DNA of 63,698 bases, counting the filler, from Octopus bimaculoides (Eukaryota), in the NCBI RefSeq assembly GCF_001194135.2. It is 5 parts of 5 records of this genome, joined end to end, with 100 filler letters (N's around TTAATTAATTAA, not from the genome) between each part and the next. Parts side by side here need not be neighbours in the genome. Positions count along the whole stretch, not along the records: positions 1 to 14,591 come from NC_068985.1; 4 more parts are not named here. One strand, given 5' to 3'. Numbering within the stretch: the first letter of the stretch is position 1; every line of letters starts with the position of its first letter. Positions 1-11,988 of this stretch are shown here, piece by piece. The notes below the pieces were generated by a model, which worked only from the letters and a program-made list of their open reading frames with translations, was not told where the DNA came from and made no database searches. A program made the translations under genes and the position numbers.

Positions 1-360
1 CATTGCTGTACTCATTTCCAACCCTCACCTTACTGGCCGCATCTCTGTACATGGCTCGCACAGCTCTCACTAGCCATTCTTCTATCCCAAGTTTCCTCAT
101 TGACCACCAGATAAGGGATCGGGGGACCCTGTCAAAGGCTTTCTCCATGTCAATGAAAGCCAGGTACAGAGGTTTATCCTTGGCTAGGTATTTCTCTTGC
201 AACTGTCTCACTAGAAATAAGGCATCAGTAGTGCTTTTACCTGGCACGAACCCAAACTGCATCTCATCTAAATTGATTCGCTCCCTAATTAGTTGGGCTA
301 TGACCCTCTCTGTAACTTTCATAACCTGATCTAACAGCTTGATGCCTCTGTAATTATTTG
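1..360 (-). mobile_element. RTE-clade LINE reverse transcriptase fragment (5'-truncated, runs off window)
   Basis: Minus-strand translation NNYRGIKLLDQVMKVTERVIAQLIRERINLDEMQFGFVPGKSTTDALFLVRQLQEKYLAKDKPLYLAFIDMEKAFDRVPRSLIWWSMRKLG has the typical RTE RT motifs (QFGF, STTDA, D.EKAFD). Confidence 0.92.
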
Positions 361-773
361 ATGTCAACAGAAAATTCTATAGGGCCCAGATCATTGATTT
401 GCTAGTGGTGGGGGGTGGGCACTAATGTGGATCCACCTTATAGTGCTGTATAGTGACTGGAAAAGCATTAGCTTGTAATGCCACCAGCCTGGTATATGTG
501 ACCAAAGAGGAGTTAACTGCTTCAAAATGCTATTTTGATCCTTCCCTGATTTAACTTTAGACAACTGCTCTCAGTCTTTCAGAAACATAAACAATATCAA
601 ATACATTTGTTATTTAGTAGAATGTTGAATGGTATTACTTAATTCCCAAGTTTTAAAAAAAAAATGTCTGAAAGAATATTTTTATTGAAGACTTACAATG
701 ATATCCAACATCCCTCAGCTTATGGTTTACCTATAAACATTATAATTATTACGGAGGTGTGTGGGGTGGGGGA

Positions 774-1069
774 CACTAAGCAGTGATAAGGAAAATTGCA
801 ATGTTATCATCAGTCTGCATATGCTTCAGGTATGTTCAAACTGGGCAACAAGCTACTCATTGAGTTTTGAGATGGAAAATATATCCTATTTGTTGACAAA
901 TGGTGTATATACACCTAGATTAGCTTGCAGCATCACCTACTCAGACTGTGAGATGCTAGCATCTTTTCCATGACAAAACATAGTGAGATGCTTGATCTCC
1001 AGTTTGAACGTGCCTCAAGCATATTTGGATTGATAACAACATTGCAATTTTACTTTTCACTACTCAGTG
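774..1069. mobile_element. Degenerate foldback element / MITE (~295 bp)
   Basis: 774-900 is an imperfect inverted repeat of about 960-1069 (CACTAAGCAGTGATAAGGAAAATTGCAATG vs CATTGCAATTTTACTTTTCACTACTCAGTG); central palindrome GGTGTATATACACC. Confidence 0.55.
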
Positions 1070-1074
1070 CTTTA

Positions 1075-1632
1075 GTATGTACAAGATTTTCAAGCTGTTT
1101 CTTTGTTTGTGCATAAACCTTGATATCATCCATGAGAAGGAGTTGATTTATCTGACCATTTCCCAGATCGTGGGCAATTTTAACTTTTCATAGAATCATA
1201 GTGAGTGGTGTCATGGCCAATATGAATAGCAATTACTTTGGAATATTTTACATCTTTTTACCAAGTTTTTGTTTTCCTCTGATCAATTCAATATTCCAAC
1301 GTTTTATACTTTCATTAAGCATTTGCTCCCTGTTCTTTGCCATTCCTATCATTTTCATCATTTTACTTATCCAAATGTGTGGTACCACCCCATATGCTTC
1401 CTTTGTAATCCAACCATTCTACATTCAGTCCTGTCAATCTGCCTCGACACTTTCTAATTATCTTTTTATCAACTAATAAGTGATCTTCTGTTGCCCTACT
1501 TTGTTTCCTGTGTCCTTTCTGTTCTTCTGGAAGTAGATTGTTACTTGACAAATGATTGTAGAACTCTTCCACCAAGACACTGGTCATAAACTTCCACATT
1601 AGAGACAAACAGGTTATAGGTTAAAAATTTAA
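1075..1632 (-). mobile_element. R4/Dong-type non-LTR retrotransposon RT fragment (decayed)
   Basis: Translates across frameshifts to SLMWKFMT..LPEEQKG..TEDHLLVDK..WLDYK(K)AYGVVPHIWI..INQLLLMDDIKVYAQTKKQLENL, matching the R4/Dong RT pattern HLL(F)MDDIKLY. Confidence 0.8.
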
Positions 1633-2064
1633 TGCCAAGTGCCCTTTCAAGGGATCCTTGAGGCATAGCAGCATTTGTCTACTTGTCATCCAAGCGGGAA
1701 TGTGATCTTATTAAAGTGGGAAGTGGACTGACAAAATTATTTGAGCATCAGACAAAATGCCTTGTGGCATTTGTTTCGTCTCTTTACATCATGAGTTCAA
1801 ATTCCCTCAGCATTAACTCTGCCTTTCATTCTTTTTGAGTCAAGAAAATAAATTACCAAATTACCAATCTTGTGCAAATTCTTCCTCCAGATTTCTGGCC
1901 TTCTGCAAAAGCTAGAAACGTTTATTACCATTAAAATCCCTCTGGAATGGATTAAATAAAGTACCAATCAAGTGCAGTGATAGATTTAATCAACTAACCT
2001 TTTCACAGGCAATGTACTTATGTAAGAAATTGTTATTATTATTATTATTATTATCATTATCATT

Positions 2065-2567
2065 GCCTTTGCACAGCTTCTAACACTGGAGATGTACTAC
2101 AGTGTCACCTGTTCACTACCAGTGAACTAAAGTAACACCTTATTTTTCAAGCACCTTCCGGAGTATTCAAGTAGTTCCAATAACTTCTCGAGATTTTTAT
2201 TCACTGTTCCCAGGACTCTAACAATTATTGGTACTACTGCTACTTTTTTCATCGACCACAACTGCTTAACTTCCCAAGCTAACCTGTCAGATCTCTCGAC
2301 TTTTCTTCCTTATCGCATACCTTGTTGTCAGCGGGGCATGACAATGATCCAGCATAGTTTGTTTTCTTTCTCAATTCAGACTATGTCCAGCTTCCTATTC
2401 TCAATCTCCTAGTTGCACTGAATCATAAAATACAATAGGATCTTTGCATTTCTATTTTCGACGATGTCTTCAATTTTGTGGTCGCACCAATTTTTTGCTC
2501 TGTCAAGTCCATACTGGTTGCAACGTGTCCAATGGACAAGCCTGGCCATATTGTCGTGGCATCTCTT
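2065..2567 (-). mobile_element. R4/Dong 3' end with restriction-like endonuclease (REL) domain, between (TAA)n tracts
   Basis: KRCHDNMARLVHW..NAKILLYFMIQCN*EIENRKLDIV..LAWEVKQLWSMKKVAVVPIIVRVLG; (ATT)n on both flanks. Confidence 0.8.
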
Positions 2568-2574
2568 AATAATA

Positions 2575-2610
<36 letters not shown>

Positions 2611-2796
2611 AAATAAAAGGGAGTGGATTGGAAGATTTTAATCATTGAATAAAATGTCTTATATTATTCACGGTTGGTGTGATTGTGATTGTGAAATTAA
2701 ACACTTGTTAATTACTGGGATCAATGGCATCAATTAAGCCTCTCACCATGATTGCACTTGTACCTAAATTAGAAACAATAATTATAATTATTGATT

Positions 2797-3011
2797 TCAA
2801 ATTTTGGCACAAGGCCAGCAATTTCAGGGTCGGAGAGGAGTAAGTTAATTACATTGACCTTAGTATGCAACTGGTATCTTTTTTTTATTGACTCAGAAAG
2901 TATGAACGGCAAGATGGATTTTGGTGGAGTTTGAACTCAGGATGTAAAGACAAATGAAATGCTGCTATTTTGGCTGGTGTTCTAATGATTCTGCCAGCTC
3001 ACTGCCCTTAA
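2797..3011 (-). mobile_element. tRNA-derived SINE, family B
   Basis: Reverse complement of the GAGCTGGCAGAATCGTTAG...GAGTTCAAATTCCGCCGAGGTCGAC...GGCCTTGTGCC repeat, of which more than 10 copies occur in the window. Confidence 0.75.
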
Positions 3012-3792
3012 CGATTATTAGAATAACCAAGGCTTTGCAAAGTGCAGTGAAAGAGTGAGAATGGTTGAAAATCGATAAAAACATTTTGGTATTTAGTTAT
3101 GACCCTGAAAATTCTGAATTTAAATCATACTTGCTTTGTGAGAATCTGTCTTCCTTTCAAGCTCTATAGCACTAGTAAAGTACTAAGGTTTATATTATTG
3201 ACTACATCTTCCCACAAGCTTTGTGTTATTGTGTCTTTGCCAGAGATCATTCACAGATGACTACACTAAAATGCTGAAGAACTTCAACTGAATTTCATTT
3301 TGAACTGACTGAATGTTTGGCTTTCAATTCACATTAAAACCCTTTCATCAAAGTCACTGAGTAAGAATTGAAAAACTTTGGAAACGAATAATGTTCCTGC
3401 ATGTGTGAATATTGGCAGCAGTAAAAATATCTAAAATCCATGAATAAATGCAAGGAATTCAGAGAGAAAATTAATGATTGATGATTATCACTAAAATAAT
3501 TATGGTATTAAAATTACAATTTGCTAATTATGGTTATTCGAAGGTATATACCTGTGTATGGACACATATTTCGAGAAAGACAATGCTTGATAATACATTA
3601 ACAACAGACATTGCAATGTGGAACCGGAGGCTATAAGGATACTAGTGATCGTTTGTGCCAACAATTAATATGTATAACACGTTTACGAAGTGGAATAACT
3701 TAATAAGGTATTAAGGCATTGGATAGAAAAGAAATGATTTGGTAAGGGCCAGTCTGTGTTTGCTAGTATATACATACAGATGTATATGTGTA

Positions 3793-3829
<37 letters not shown>

Positions 3830-3839
3830 NNNNNNNNNN

Positions 3840-3885
<46 letters not shown>

Positions 3886-4219
3886 GACGTGATGAGGATA
3901 ACTTGGACATGGTAGAAATGGCTGTAAGAGTTTAGTATTTGTACACTCATCTATTATCATTCATTTATTTATATATGTATAGATATATATCTGTTTACGT
4001 ATTTATTGGCTTATTTCATTCGTTTACTTGGATCACTTACACATGTTTGTAATCAATTAATAAATAGATATAATTCAATGTTTACTGGCTGATGTTTGTT
4101 GATTGTTTATCCTCTCTATTTTCTTATTTGCCTTATACACACACACACACACATATGTATGTATGTATATACATATATGTATACATACATGTGTGTGTGT
4201 GTGTCTGTGTGTACATATA

Positions 4220-4980
4220 TATTGGGTCAGCCCATAGATAATGTGGTTCTTTTCAATTGCATAAACTAAAAGTCAGAGGGGGACAGGATAAACTACCTGC
4301 ATCAACTTGTTATAAAAGCAGATAATAATTTTACCTTGTACTTATTCTTAGTACAAGTTTTGAAGAGTGCAGTTCTATTTTAATAGTTATTTTTTCAAAA
4401 CGTTATGGGAAGTGTGAGGAATATTAGTGCAGTATATGGACAATAAGTGTAAGCCAGTGTCAGTTGTGGTTTCAGAAATTCTGTGCCAAAAGCTACAACC
4501 TAGAAGATGAGCCTCATCTTGGAAAATCTGTAGAGCTTGACGAGGATGTCCTGTAAACCCTGGTGGAACAAAATCCCATCATAACTGTTGAGGAACTAGC
4601 AGAGAAGTTTGGATTTCATCATTCAACGATTAATTGACACCTGTGTGCCACCAGAAAAGTCAGCAAATTGGATCAATGGGTTCCTTTAACTTTCCAAGTC
4701 TAATGCTTGGCCACCTACAATGAGGATGACGCTCCAAAGTCTGAAGCAGTTTCAATGGGAAACGATGCCCCACCCACCATTATTACCGGACATTGCCCCC
4801 GTCTGATTATCATTTATTCCACAATCTTCAAAATCATTTGGAAGGAAAAAGGATGAATTCTGAAGAACAGAACTAGAGGAGTATTTTTCATCATGGACAA
4901 ATGAATTTTGGAAGAGGTGCTTTGCAAGTCTACAAGAAAGATAGAAGGGCAAACTGGAATGTCCTTAAGACAACCCATAA
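4220..4980 (+). mobile_element. Internally deleted mariner (DD34D-type) transposon remnant
   Basis: TA-preceded TTGGGTCAGCCCATA end; N-terminal HTH region CQLWFQKF..LEDEP..EELAEKFG..STI..KLDQWVP; C-terminal PDIAPSDYHLF; most of the catalytic core is deleted. Confidence 0.85.
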
Positions 4981-5199
4981 TTCTGCATAGATCTCAAATT
5001 AGACAATTAATTAGTGACAATTAGGACTCAGTGAACATATACGTATATGTTGTGGTAAGAAGCAACCAAATTTCTTTGATCTAAAATCAATTTGCCAATG
5101 GCATATTGCAATAGCAGCATATTAACAAAAAAGAAAAACAACATTCATAACAAAATACCAGCCACATCTTGACCAGTGTGTGCAAGAAAGGATGATGTC

Positions 5200-5213
5200 T
5201 ACTACAAAAGTCG

Positions 5214-5245
<32 letters not shown>

Positions 5246-5480
5246 GATGTGGTTGATACCACTACAGCAACTACCACTGCTGATATAACTACTGCTGCTG
5301 CAGTCATTATTCCCACTACAGTTACTAAACAGAAACAAACTACTCCCACCACAACCATAGCTTCTATCATTTCCCCTTCTATTACTACAACTACTACTTA
5401 CTGCTTCTACTCATGAGATTGATACAGCCTGTGACCACTCTCTTTGCTGCTACTACTGCTGCTACCACCCCATCATCATC
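5200..5480. repeat. (ACT/GCT/ACC)n low-complexity trinucleotide tract
   Basis: Visible trinucleotide runs; source of the Thr-rich/Val-rich ORFs in the track. Confidence 0.85.
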
Positions 5481-7296
5481 TTCTCCTACCATTATGAATC
5501 ACACCTTAATATCAACATTGCCCATAAGAAAAAATTGACAAGTGCCACTGCTAAACTGTTAACCCAACAGCCATAAGAAGGAGTTCAGCAACCACTAAAT
5601 ATGTGGATTTTGTTAGAAAAATACATGAATTTTTAAAACTACTATCATGAAGGATTAATTTAATTCAATTTATTTTCTCTTTTTTTTTTTTCGTGACTAA
5701 ATTGGTTTAAACAATTGAAACAAGTAGCATATTTTGATAACAATATGAATATTTTTTATTATTCATGATAAAGTTCTTAAAGCATTTTATACTGTTGTTT
5801 TAGTACACACACACCCACACACACACACACACACACATATATATGCACGTGTGTGTGTGTGTTGTGTAAACCAAAGTCTGTCTTACTTGAGTAGTTCTGT
5901 GACTCACAGATCAAATTTATGTAAAGGATGGAGTAACCAAACAGCAGTACCTTGCAGGAAATGTGAATGAGTGTGATGTTGTCTTCTATGAAACAGTTGC
6001 GTATATGTTGGAGTTTCAATCAGTGGTCTCTCCTTTCTTATATTCTAGTCAAGTGTATGCAAGTTTTAATGTCGACAAAGCATAATGGATTAATAGGCAC
6101 ACATGGTCATCAGTTCTAAAGTTACTCCAGTTATTGCCAGATACCACTGCTCAAGGGTATTAATACTCTATATGTCTGTTTAACTGGTATTTAAACAGAC
6201 ATGTAAAATATCTCAATTCAAGATGGTAGGATGTGATTTGAAAATGATTATTTTGGCAATTTGTAAAAAGGAAAAAAATATTCTACCAATATTTAGGAAC
6301 AATTCCTGTCCAAAATGAAGAAGTGGTGTAGGGAGTAACTTAATAGTGCAAACTTGATTTTAAAAGGGATACACGAGAAAATGCAATGGCAGATTGAAAG
6401 TGAGGCATACTTTCAAATCCACTACAAGTATAGGAATAACAGCTGGTGCTGACATGGAACAAATGATGTCCATGGTTCATTCAGTCTTCTCAGTGACATG
6501 ACTCGTATTCTAGTAAGGACATAATAACAACTAGAGTAAGCAAAGAATGAAAGAATTTCAGTCAAGACTTATCTCCATTGACTACAAATGTTTTTTCTGT
6601 GTCCAAAGACGAATGAATCATGAGTGAAAATTGCAGTTATAAACAGATATAGGACTTGGGTTCCGAGCACAAAGGAACAACTGAAGACGAGGAATATGGT
6701 AAATGTGATCTACCAGAGATGTCTAATGGTAATTTGTATGAAACGCAATGTCTGAACTGAGAAAATAGATTTTTTGCATCACATTTGATGGTGATAGACA
6801 TAACGATGGCGGTGGTGGTGGTCATCATGACAATTGTCTATTCTTAGTGTTCTGTTAGTGATTTTCAGTAGTTTTCACATGAATGAGTGTGTGTGTGTGT
6901 GAAAAATATTGTTGGTTATCTAAATTTGATTATTCCTATTTCAAAGACATCATTAAGAAAACTTCTTTAATCTTCTAGACTTTAATTACTTGAAGATAAT
7001 GCCATGTTTAACATTGTTTTATCCTTGGTATACCTGTAATGGTATCTTAAATATTGGTTTGTCGATTGGAAAACAACAGAAGAAAAATAAAAGGAGAATA
7101 ATCAATGTTGTAAACAGAATGAAACTGCTTTTACACTTTTAACAAAATATGAAACGTAGAGCTTCTGTATTTTGATAATACATAGCCCAGTATTTTGTTA
7201 GTTTAGCATATCAATTATCTGGCTTTCTGACCACTGATTATCTGACACCTAACAGGAAAATAATAGCTTCAAACAGTCACTACGTGCCAATCTTAA

Positions 7297-9090
7297 TCAT
7301 CTATATGCTGCAATATTATTACTGCCATTTTTTCTGAAAATGAGTTCTAACATTGTATTCCTAATAAAATAGAGGAAATAGAATTGAAGTGTAGACAGGA
7401 ATGTCGTAAAGTCCCTCCAGACAAAGGCAAACTTATTAGATAGCATAGCCTCTGTATATTGGAAGAAGATTAGTCTAAAATTGAGCAATTTTGTATGTTG
7501 AGAAAATATTGACCAAAAGTACGGAGGTGATTTTACAGTCAGCAGGCTTCACTTGCTAATTTGACCTGACACAAACCTGAAGTAATTGTTAAACAAGCAA
7601 GAAGCAATAAACTGCAGTTGTTGGATCAACCTCGAGAGAAATCTTCAATCCTTCACTCAGTTTGAGTATATCATATTTGATAATTTCTCTAGCTGATGGC
7701 TGTTGGTGAAGCATAATTTTGAGTGGTTTTACTGTTACACAATTAGGGAACAAATGCCTTGATGCTGCTGCTAATGGTTTGTCTTATTTTACAGTGAATT
7801 CATCACCATATAACTATCTATGCAAGTTTTATGATTTGGCTGTTGTATGACTCACAATTTACTAATTGTATATCAGTCAAAGAAATGTTTTCACCAATCC
7901 TTCAAATAATCAAGTGATTGCAGAGGTGGAATTCCAACCAGAGGTAAAAAAAAAATGATAACATGTCTTTATTGTCCTTCAGCACTTACAATTTCTTTCA
8001 GTAATGAGAATGAACAACTTAATTAAAGGGTCTTGTAACCATCGGTTATGCTTCACATTTTTGAAGCTCCTGACATGTCTGGGAAGAACATTCTGATATT
8101 CAATCAGGATTTACAAGAACCTCGTTTCAAATTTCAGTATTGCTAAATTATCAAATGATTTTATCTCAAAAGCAAATATCCCTGTATTCAAAGGAGTGCA
8201 ATGCTAAAAGATTAAAGATAGCATTACTTAGAATAGTTGCATCCATTCAAAAATGGCAGTAACCACTTTATCATAACATTGAGGCATGTGAATGTTTGTA
8301 TATATGTGTGCAAGTGCATGCATGTGTACGTGTGTGTATGTAATATGCATAAAACAGATATGGGATTCAATGCTCTATAAAAACAAACACACATTTTTTC
8401 AAAATGCTAAAATAATTACATAAGTATAGATACATCATACAAAATTCCACTTCACTTCATCAGTGTCCTGCAATAAATACAACTATTATGAGACCAATAG
8501 AATAAGTACTAGGCTTACAAAGAATAAGTCCTGGTGTTGATTTGCTCGACTAAAGGTGGTGCTCCAGTATGGCAGCAGTCAAATGACTGAAACAAGTAAA
8601 AGAGTAAAAAGAGTAAAAATAGAACTCAAATCTATCACCTAAAAAATACAGAGTATTTACCACAAATTGTCTTTCCAAATTTCTAGATATATCAACTTCA
8701 TCAGCCACTGTTGAACTAAAGGCCGTTATTTGTTTAGCCACATAATATACAGAACTTTGTTGGCATAGAAAATGTGGTCCATAAATCGATCAGGAATGGC
8801 AAAGTCATCTTTTAATCCACTAGAAAATAATAAATGTCTGAGAAACTTCAGAGGAACAGACTGGGTTAATGTAGTGTGGAAATGCTTCAGGGAAGTTATA
8901 TGAAACTCAATCAGCAAGACTAAACTTGAGTGTATGAGTACGTGCGTGTGTGTGTGTGTGTGTGTGTTTAGTAAGGATCTTTGAAACATTTCTGCTTGTA
9001 TTTGGCTAAAAGGTTACTCTGGAGGAAGATCAATGATACTATCTATCAATCAGTCATTAAAATCAAACAATTCAATATTAATTTGTTAAT
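7297..9090 (-). pseudogene. Unidentified decayed coding relic
   Basis: Cluster of non-repetitive minus-strand ORF pieces (8726-8989, 8550-8741, 7297-7488) linked by single stops or frameshifts and interrupted by a (CA)n tract and a SINE tail; no family recognised. Confidence 0.3.
8491..8612 (+). mobile_element. SINE family A, 3' part
   Basis: AGAATAAGTACTAGGCTTACAAAGAATAAGTCCTGG...TGACTGAAACAAGTAAAAGAG tail shared with many copies. Confidence 0.8.
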
Positions 9091-9177
9091 TCATGAGATT
9101 AAGCAATCTGAAAATCTTTTGTATGTAACAAGGATATGTTGCACATTTATTGGAGTGTAAAATATAACATATCATTA

Positions 9178-9445
9178 TCATCATCATCATCATCGTTTAA
9201 CGTCCGCTTTCCATGCTGGCATGTGTTGGACAGTTTGACTGAGGGCTGGCAAGCCAGGAGGCTGCACCAGGCTCAATTTGATCTGGCAAGTTTTCTACAG
9301 CTGGATGTCCTTCCTAAAACCAACCACTCCGAGAGTGTAGTAGGTGCTTTTTATATGCCACTGGCATGGGAGCCAGTCAGGGGGTACTGGTATGGGCCAC
9401 TTTCAGATGGTGCTTTTTACATGCCACCGGCACAAAGCCAAACCA
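9178..9445 (-). mobile_element. Family C: RTE-type 3' end with (GAT)n tail and internal tandem units
   Basis: GGTTTTAGGAAGGACATCCAGCTGTAG...AGCATGGAAAGCGGACGTTAAACGATGATG on the minus strand; 7 copies in the window. Confidence 0.8.
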
Positions 9446-10164
9446 TTTCATCAGACATCTATGAATAAAACCAGGTATACTGAACTGCAAGAAATTCAAC
9501 TCAGCATTCCAAGAAGGATGTTTAGAAAAAAAAAAAGGTTTTCGTAAGTATATTAATTGAGCAATGGATTTCTTTAAGATCCAACCAATCAATAGCATTA
9601 TCAGCCAAGATCTATAGCAGTTGGGATATTCACAAATAGATTAAGGAGGGGCAAGAGTTAGTCTAATATTTGTCCAATAAATAACTTTTTTTCTGGCCTA
9701 GAATTTTATTAATGACATATATTGCAATAAATTATTCAGCTGTCAACTCAACAATGTTTAAATCTCTTTCTTCTCAGCGTTGGAGAAACGAAGTGAAACT
9801 AAATGTTCCACTGTCATTACAAACACACTTTCCCCGAACAACATCTTCATTCCTTACCAATCACACTATTACGTTGCTTCCCATAATTTCCATAACCTCG
9901 TCTCACAGATTATTACTTTTTTAGTTTCCTCTTTCTCTCTCTTGTGCACTTCCTTTGGATTTGTAGCACTTAAAGAAACAACTGGTATATGTCGGTCCTT
10001 CAATATTATGCCCCCTTCTATACCACCTGATTTACAACAAGGGTGACTGACCCTTTTCCACTGTGCCAAACAATTTAAGTATCCCAGCTCTGAATCCTGA
10101 TGGACTGTACATTTTCCCTGCCTCCCACTTTCACTTCATATCCTTGATTGCTCTCTCTTTCTCC

Positions 10165-10221
<57 letters not shown>

Positions 10222-10257
10222 TACTCTCTCTCTCAATATATATATATATGTATATAT

Positions 10258-10394
10258 AAATGTATATTTATATAAGGGCATTACTATACAATAATGCCTC
10301 ACGCTATGAGGGACTCTAAGGTCAGACTACCATAAAAAGCACATTTTTACCGAACGCGAGGAAATGCAACTCTCAAAGACAACCCCTTAAACAC
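10258..10394. repeat. Third copy of the palindrome arm, abutting a gap
   Basis: Same orientation as the left arm at about 10744-10876, with 3 visible substitutions. Confidence 0.85.
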
Positions 10395-10725
10395 NNNNNN
10401 NNNNNNNNNNNNNNNNNNNNNNNNNNNNNNNNNNNNNNNNNNNNNNNNNNNNNNNNNNNNNNNNNNNNNNNNNNNNNNNNNNNNNNNNNNNNNNNNNNNN
10501 NNNNNNNNNNNNNNNNNNNNNNNNNNNNNNNNNNNNNNNNNNNNNNNNNNNNNNNNNNNNNNNNNNNNNNNNNNNNNNNNNNNNNNNNNNNNNNNNNNNN
10601 NNNNNNNNNNNNNNNNNNNNNNNNNNNNNNNNNNNNNNNNNNNNNNNNNNNNNNNNNNNNNNNNNNNNNNNNNNNNNNNNNNNNNNNNNNNNNNNNNNNN
10701 NNNNNNNNNNNNNNNNNNNNNNATC

Positions 10726-11147
10726 TATTCCCGAAATATATATTTATATTTATATAAGGGCATTACTATATAATAACGCCTCACGCCATGAGGGACTCTA
10801 AGGTCAGACTACCATAAAAAGCACATTTTTACCGAACGCGAGGAAATGCAACTCTCAAAGACAACCCCTTAAACACAGACTAAATTATGGATCATGATTT
10901 CGTGTTTACTTCTATTTTTCTTGACCATATTATACTGACGAGTAGAGGTTGTATAATACTACAATAACTACGAAATCATGATCCATAATTTAGTCTGTGT
11001 TTAAGGGGTTGGCTTTGAGAGTTGCATTTCCTCGCGTTCGGTAAAAATGTGCTTTTTATGGTAGTCTGACCTTAGAGTCCCTCATAGCGTGAGGTACTAT
11101 TGTATAGTAATGCCCTTATATAAATATAAATATATATTTCGGGAATA
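10726..11147. mobile_element. 422-bp palindrome (178-bp arms, 66-bp spacer); Penelope-like inverted terminal repeat or foldback MITE
   Basis: 10726-10903 is the reverse complement of 10970-11147 with about 6 mismatches. Confidence 0.85.
10929..10989 (+). ncRNA. Hammerhead ribozyme-like motif (type I topology)
   Basis: ATTATA-CTGACGA-GTAG..CTAC-GAAA-TCATGA-TC-CATAAT: intact core, 4-bp stem II, palindromic stem III (ATCATGAT), AUC cleavage triplet, and a 5-bp stem I after one C.A mismatch. Confidence 0.6.
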
Positions 11148-11589
11148 AATGATGGATTTTTTAAAATCCCTATGAGGTTTTTTCACGCTAGCTACTTGAT
11201 AAATTCTTGTAAAAGAATTCGTCCTATTATTGAATTTATATATATAAATATATATACAAGTATATATGAACATACATATGTGAGTGTGTATACGTCAGTT
11301 TCTCCATTTTCTTTTTCTCAATGAAAAGTAATAAATAATAATATCCCTGATCTATCTATGTGAATCTAACATCTTTGGTTTTTCACTGATGCACTGGATA
11401 AAACCTGGGAACTTGGATGCTGACATCCCTTTAAGACGATTTATATCCTTGAGAGTCCCCACGTAAACAGCAAGGTTGATTTGGCCTGCAGATCTGCTCC
11501 TGGATTCTGAGAACTTTCTGGTCTAGAGATGCCTACCCCATCATCCTTCTCTACTCTACTTTTGCCCAACCCCACCTTGAGTACTGTTG

Positions 11590-11988
11590 CCCACTATGGT
11601 CCCCACCCCATATGAAGCAACTCATTATGAAAGTAGAAGCACTCCAGAGGTCAATAACAAGAAAGATAGACAGCATGAAAGGCACTGATTATTTGGATCA
11701 ACTAAAAGACCTCAATCTCTACTCTCTCCAATGCTGCCAGGAGCGCTACATCATTTGTATGATGTGGAAAATGTTCCATCAATATTGCACAAATGATGTT
11801 GGCATCAATTTTAAAATCCCTCCAAGACTTGGCCCCGTGCTATCCGCTCACTACAAAATTTGAACTTGGTACACATAGCAACATTACGTCACAATTACTT
11901 TACCTCAACCGGTCCAGCTCTCTTTAATACCATACCAAATTACATCCAAATGGAAATGGATCCCATAAAATTCAAAAGTTCACTGGAC
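11590..11988 (+). mobile_element. CR1/Jockey-group LINE 3' end
   Basis: KVEALQRSITRKIDSMKG.DY.DQLKDLNLYSLQ..QERY and TGPALFNTIP..FKSSLD, the typical CR1-type ORF2 C-terminus. Confidence 0.8.

Noticed and set aside
5180-5416. Thr-rich mucin-like ORF (similar ones at 54988-55508 and 61461-61755)
   Set aside because: Fully explained by trinucleotide low-complexity tracts; no splice or homology support.
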